From Eubacteriales bacterium (GTDB taxonomy: Bacteria; Bacillota; Clostridia; Oscillospirales; CAG-272): DNA of 64,000 bases. Positions 61,501 to 64,000 of this stretch are shown one piece after another. Positions within the stretch are counted from its first letter, which is position 1, and the number at the start of each line of letters is the position of its first letter. The stretch lies in contig JAZNDG010000067.1 of assembly GCA_045587985.1 (NCBI GenBank), positions 22,126-86,125 of the forward strand, given 5' to 3'. A model generated the notes under the pieces. It was not told where the DNA came from. It saw only the letters and a list, made by a program, of their open reading frames with translations, and did no database searches. The position numbers and the translations under genes were made by a program.

Positions 61501-62331
61501 GCCCGTCTTATAGGCGGCGGTATCCACCACATCATCCCCGTAAAGACCGTTGACGATCAGGTTGAAGGAGGGGACAAGCGTCCACTTACGCGTGACTCTT
61601 ATCTCGCTGTCGCTCGTCACCTTGCCGGTATAGGTGCCGTCCTGCTGCTTGGTCAGGGTGACACCGGGAATCACGTAGCCGCCAAAGTTGTAGCCGGTGT
61701 TCACATCGGTTACGGCGGGGAGAGTGAAATTGCCCTCGGCATCGGCATAGATGGTCGTGCCCACATTCTCATTGGTCAGCTCATCGTAGATGATGAAGGA
61801 GGCAAGCTTCTTCCACTGTGCCGAGATCGAAATGGTATTCGTCTTGGTATAGGTGCCCGAAAGCGGGAAGGAAACGGGGGCGCCGTCCTGCACGTGCGTG
61901 TACCCAAGGAAAAGGTAACCCTCGCGGGTGGGTGCGGTGAGCGTGTAGGAGCCGTTATAGGTCACGTCCACCGAGGTGTAGCTCGTGCTGTACGGGTCAT
62001 CGATCACGATGATCTTGAAGGGGCGGGGCTCGTACTTAATGTACAGAACGAGGTTCTCGGTCGCGAGCGCCTCCTTATCAAGGGGGGTTGTGAAGGCGGC
62101 ATCGGTATAGATGCCGGCCACCTCGTAGCCGGGCTTGGCAAAGGATGCGTCATCGGGGTCGATGACAATGGGGGCCTCTGCCTCAAAGGTCAGAGTTTTA
62201 AGGGTGGTGTCTCCGTCCTTGACCGTGATCTCAAAGCCCTTCGGGCCGCAGGCGGCGAGTGCGCCGACCAGCGTGAGGATCAAAAGAGTGGCAAGGACAA
62301 GACGAAGAAGTGTTTTTTTCATGAGAATCAT
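58507..62331 (-). CDS. Large secreted lipoprotein with tandem Listeria-Bacteroides (InlB B-repeat/Flg_new) modules and an unassigned C-terminal half
   Basis: 1274 aa. The signal peptide has lipobox LAAC. The repeat motifs recur as REGYLFLGYT, RDGYIFTGYTVGG, LAGYYFDGYYTNEACTQAF...IYAKW and RDGYSFLGYYYGDG. Residues ~640-1274 show no obvious repeat. Confidence 0.8.
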   Translation of the reverse strand: MILMKKTLLRLVLATLLILTLVGALAACGPKGFEITVKDGDTTLKTLTFEAEAPIVIDPDDASFAKPGYEVAGIYTDAAFTTPLDKEALATENLVLYIKYEPRPFKIIVIDDPYSTSYTSVDVTYNGSYTLTAPTREGYLFLGYTHVQDGAPVSFPLSGTYTKTNTISISAQWKKLASFIIYDELTNENVGTTIYADAEGNFTLPAVTDVNTGYNFGGYVIPGVTLTKQQDGTYTGKVTSDSEIRVTRKWTLVPSFNLIVNGLYGDDVVDTAAYKTGDTFTLPTAPTRDGYIFTGYTVGGQPLTLDNGSATFIWSAATTVTANWQPRVYITVRDERTNAIIDTVEVVDGAYDLSALEPAAGDREVVEADKTYTYLGLKFDGQPFAATGTGYTGGSITVIRDWDGVDRIFINIVSKGAGYTFDSVEVVDGAYTLPENPTLAGYYFDGYYTNEACTQAFDEQSDVTVDLTIYAKWRRIASVKVYNGTTLVDTVPIAQNGTYTLTVPSDTADARFVKFTRDGADFDATGTHMGEDDLIVMQVWKEILKFNWTVNANGGEFEAGATVSGTAEEGTKVALPTPTRDGYSFLGYYYGDGTMLANDGELYTLPTYASVEAKSLPLYAKWEISQNATGEQKYPDGTSKEFFREENGGELIYVFLTGRTYYFGHDEITFGGDANAITPVFNADSDKGYGFTAKQPGVFTMTQKGVTLTCRVEYYVGSAGAGTSTTSRLEANFKGGISTTIDAGHKGFLPDIVGGNVSLDRIPYRVVVKDGQTTLTGDRYTILPGGKIDFDDDLIGHTLTITYYPEYALEEDNVSATVTVLLNSGVNVYTNDELYAAFANMQINTINILRNITAALQPQHYTVSGGNILVHNDDYKNGVYLRLPTGNDQVTINGNSYKIDASGLPAINPELGDKSRWADGYTGLNESYYQLVNVQVGIFGYVQDAGNASTKAGGTLYMNDLYITGNEQELTRNINDPNAKTYWEKTYPILNGEKAVVASSGAFHGIIVREANAVLDNVKIEHTQSAVHTDGYDVTFDVNETNTPGTPSALLTAVTLNNVTIDNNFNASFFAWGQVGLTMSNTFMGRSSGPAIIFSDTPITEESMAHSGYAIFGENVVVTNFVTGAEPWFQSYGATPAAGMVKSMLGGKEGFYAYAYAYAGFPQYLTPTQGYGNDAIPAFNAVMVTNAADSGENFAHDGAGIGAPFTPVYMMKDSTPTMLNTTSAGKNPKDNSDLPPLPDQIGDRWFQHIPMTAAGASSMQVVIEVFPGDVTELQ

Positions 62332-62494
62332 ACCTCTCTTTCATGACGGCTTTGCCGTCTTATCTCTCCTCGGTGAGGAGATAGAATACAATAAAATGGA
62401 TGGACCGACAGAGTGCCGGTGAAGATAGAAGCCTCCTTTCTTCCGATTTTTTATCCGTATATCCCGCGTGACCGCGGAATAGGGATCAACCTTT

Positions 62495-62962
62495 TCATTG
62501 TTGGCCAAAGATATCGCCTGCATTGTGGCTGCCGCCCGCCTTTTCAATATAGACGTGGGCAACCTTGGAGCTGCCGTCATTGGTGGTGACGGTCACGGTC
62601 ACGCTTTTAAGCAGCGGGTTTTCAAAGGTGACGGTGAAGCCGCGGCCGTTGCGGTCCATACGGACCGTGATCTCGCCCGAGGGGTTGTCGGTGGTCACGG
62701 TTACGCTCTTGTCGGTGGCATCCTCGTCAAGCACCTCAAGCCCGAAGTGATAGTCAAGGTCACCGGGCAGGGAAATGGAAACGGAGGGCATATCCTCCCC
62801 CTCGGCGGCCACAAGACGGCTTCCGCTCTCGTCAAGAAGGTAGAGCTCACTGACCGGAACGTCCTCGTGGAGCGAGGCGATCACAGGGCCGAAAATGCTG
62901 ATAAGAAAGACCGAAAAGACACATTCGAGTGCCACGATCAGAATCACAAGCTTTTTATTCAT
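62495..62962 (-). CDS. Membrane-anchored small protein (155 aa)
   Basis: N-terminal TM helix (LVILIVALECVFSVFLISIFGPV) followed by a beta-rich ectodomain. No domain assigned. Confidence 0.55.
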   Translation of the reverse strand: MNKKLVILIVALECVFSVFLISIFGPVIASLHEDVPVSELYLLDESGSRLVAAEGEDMPSVSISLPGDLDYHFGLEVLDEDATDKSVTVTTDNPSGEITVRMDRNGRGFTVTFENPLLKSVTVTVTTNDGSSKVAHVYIEKAGGSHNAGDIFGQQ

Positions 62963-62974
62963 ACCGGCACCTCC

Positions 62975-64000
62975 TTAAAGCTCGATCTCATGGAAATAGA
63001 CCTGCAGGTTCCGGTAAAAAAGGAAGGCGCGCGCAAGGCAGAATCCTGCGGCAATGCCAACGATACGCAGCCAGCCGGTCGCGTAATTGTCATAAAGCAG
63101 GATCAGGGAAAGCACACCCGCAAGCGTGGCGGCGAGGAAGCCGATGAGGGCGGCCTTACCGACATTCGGGTTATCCACAACGCCCGAGGAGCCCTTGGAG
63201 GCATATTCGAGAAACAGGGGACGGCGCACATCAAGCTGGAAGCTCCAAAGCACCATGCCGCCCGCAATCAGAAGAAGCGTCAGGGCAAAGAGGACAAGAT
63301 CAAGGATCTTGATACCGGTGATAAAGTAGAGCATCACGGTCGTACCGCCGATGGCAATGAGGTTCGAAAGCAGCGTTACCGTGATCTTGGCCCAGGCGAT
63401 CGACATCGTGTTGCTGGGTGCCGTTTTCAGAACGCAGAACTCAAGCCCCTCAAGCGAAAGCGCACAGGCACAGTCGGTATTAAAGGCGGCCAGCAGGCTT
63501 GCGCTGATCATCAGATTGAAGGCGATGATCATATAGTCACCAAGCGGGTTGGTGTTGATGGTGTCAAGGACGTAGTTAAGAACGTAAGAGGCGAGCGGCA
63601 GAACAAAGAAGGAGGTAACGGTGGTCGAAAGCTTCTGCACGTCACGCACGGTGAGGATCAGCTCCTTGTGAAGGAAGGTACGGTAAAGACCGAAGCGCGT
63701 CCTTCTTTCCTTGCCCTCGGCAAGGCTTGAGCCCTCGTGGCGCTTGTGGCGCACCTTTTTCTTGCGGGTCGAGCGCTCGGCAGACGAGGAGACCGCACGG
63801 AAATAGAAGGGCAGAAGGATCGAAATGCCGGCCACGACTGTAACGGCCGAGGCAACAAGCAGGATCACAAGGTCAAGGATCGTACCGCTGCCGGTCATCA
63901 GCTTGGAAAGAGAGCCGTAATGCAACGAATAGTTGGCAACCAAATTGATGCCGTCCTGAATGCTGTCCATGTACTTGCCGTAATTCTGGATCAGATCCAG
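62975..64000 (-). CDS. Polytopic membrane protein, ABC-exporter-permease-like; probably incomplete at the window edge
   Basis: The track ORF starts at 63970, but the frame stays open to 64000 (LDLIQNYGKY precedes the Met). There are about six TM helices. The function is a guess. Confidence 0.5.
   Translation of the reverse strand: MDLIQNYGKYMDSIQDGINLVANYSLHYGSLSKLMTGSGTILDLVILLVASAVTVVAGISILLPFYFRAVSSSAERSTRKKKVRHKRHEGSSLAEGKERRTRFGLYRTFLHKELILTVRDVQKLSTTVTSFFVLPLASYVLNYVLDTINTNPLGDYMIIAFNLMISASLLAAFNTDCACALSLEGLEFCVLKTAPSNTMSIAWAKITVTLLSNLIAIGGTTVMLYFITGIKILDLVLFALTLLLIAGGMVLWSFQLDVRRPLFLEYASKGSSGVVDNPNVGKAALIGFLAATLAGVLSLILLYDNYATGWLRIVGIAAGFCLARAFLFYRNLQVYFHEIEL

Overview
This 64-kb window comes from a high-GC, spore-forming Clostridia-type chromosome. 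Evidence for that placement includes spoIVB, a SpoVB-like flippase, hprK, trimeric HydABC and consensus sigma-A promoters. Two parts differ sharply. (1) Positions 1 to about 6.8 kb are one end of a lower-GC accessory island that resembles an integrative/conjugative element and abuts tRNA-Glu(UUC). It carries a tightly packed minus-strand operon of small genes: ArdA anti-restriction, DUF2958, a PcfK/AcrIIA9-like protein fused to a MutS-domain-I-like module, several very acidic mini-proteins, and one gene frameshifted at an A5G4 run. Upstream of that operon is a ~260-bp region of nested inverted repeats, and upstream of that a very AT-rich, self-contained cassette. The cassette has its own promoter, RBS and terminator, and ~215 nt of non-coding sequence after the stop codon. 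It encodes a stand-alone UG/Abi-type (AbiA-like) reverse transcriptase and is bracketed by ~54-bp imperfect direct repeats. This cassette and its flanks are my best candidate for an undescribed system. (2) The remaining ~57 kb is core chromosome. It encodes an APC permease, spoIVB, hprK, a DUF3794/LysM protein, an M23 peptidase and tRNA-Lys(CUU) followed by a 21-bp copy of its own 3' end (an integration scar). It continues with glyQS, mtaB, an internally duplicated radC, pheST and a DUF6062 plus SbcC/YhaN-like ATPase pair. Then come miaA, galK-like, recA-recX, a split transketolase, a rifampicin-phosphotransferase-like PEP-utilising enzyme, a second YhaN/YhaO-like pair and rplJL with an L10 leader. 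The window ends with dut, pdxK, hydABC and a 1274-aa surface lipoprotein rich in Listeria-Bacteroides repeats. A dispersed ~110-bp repeat family occurs twice after rplL and once, diverged, at 45 kb. I found no CRISPR array, rRNA or transposase. All calls rest on reading the sequence and ORF translations by eye; no database search was possible.
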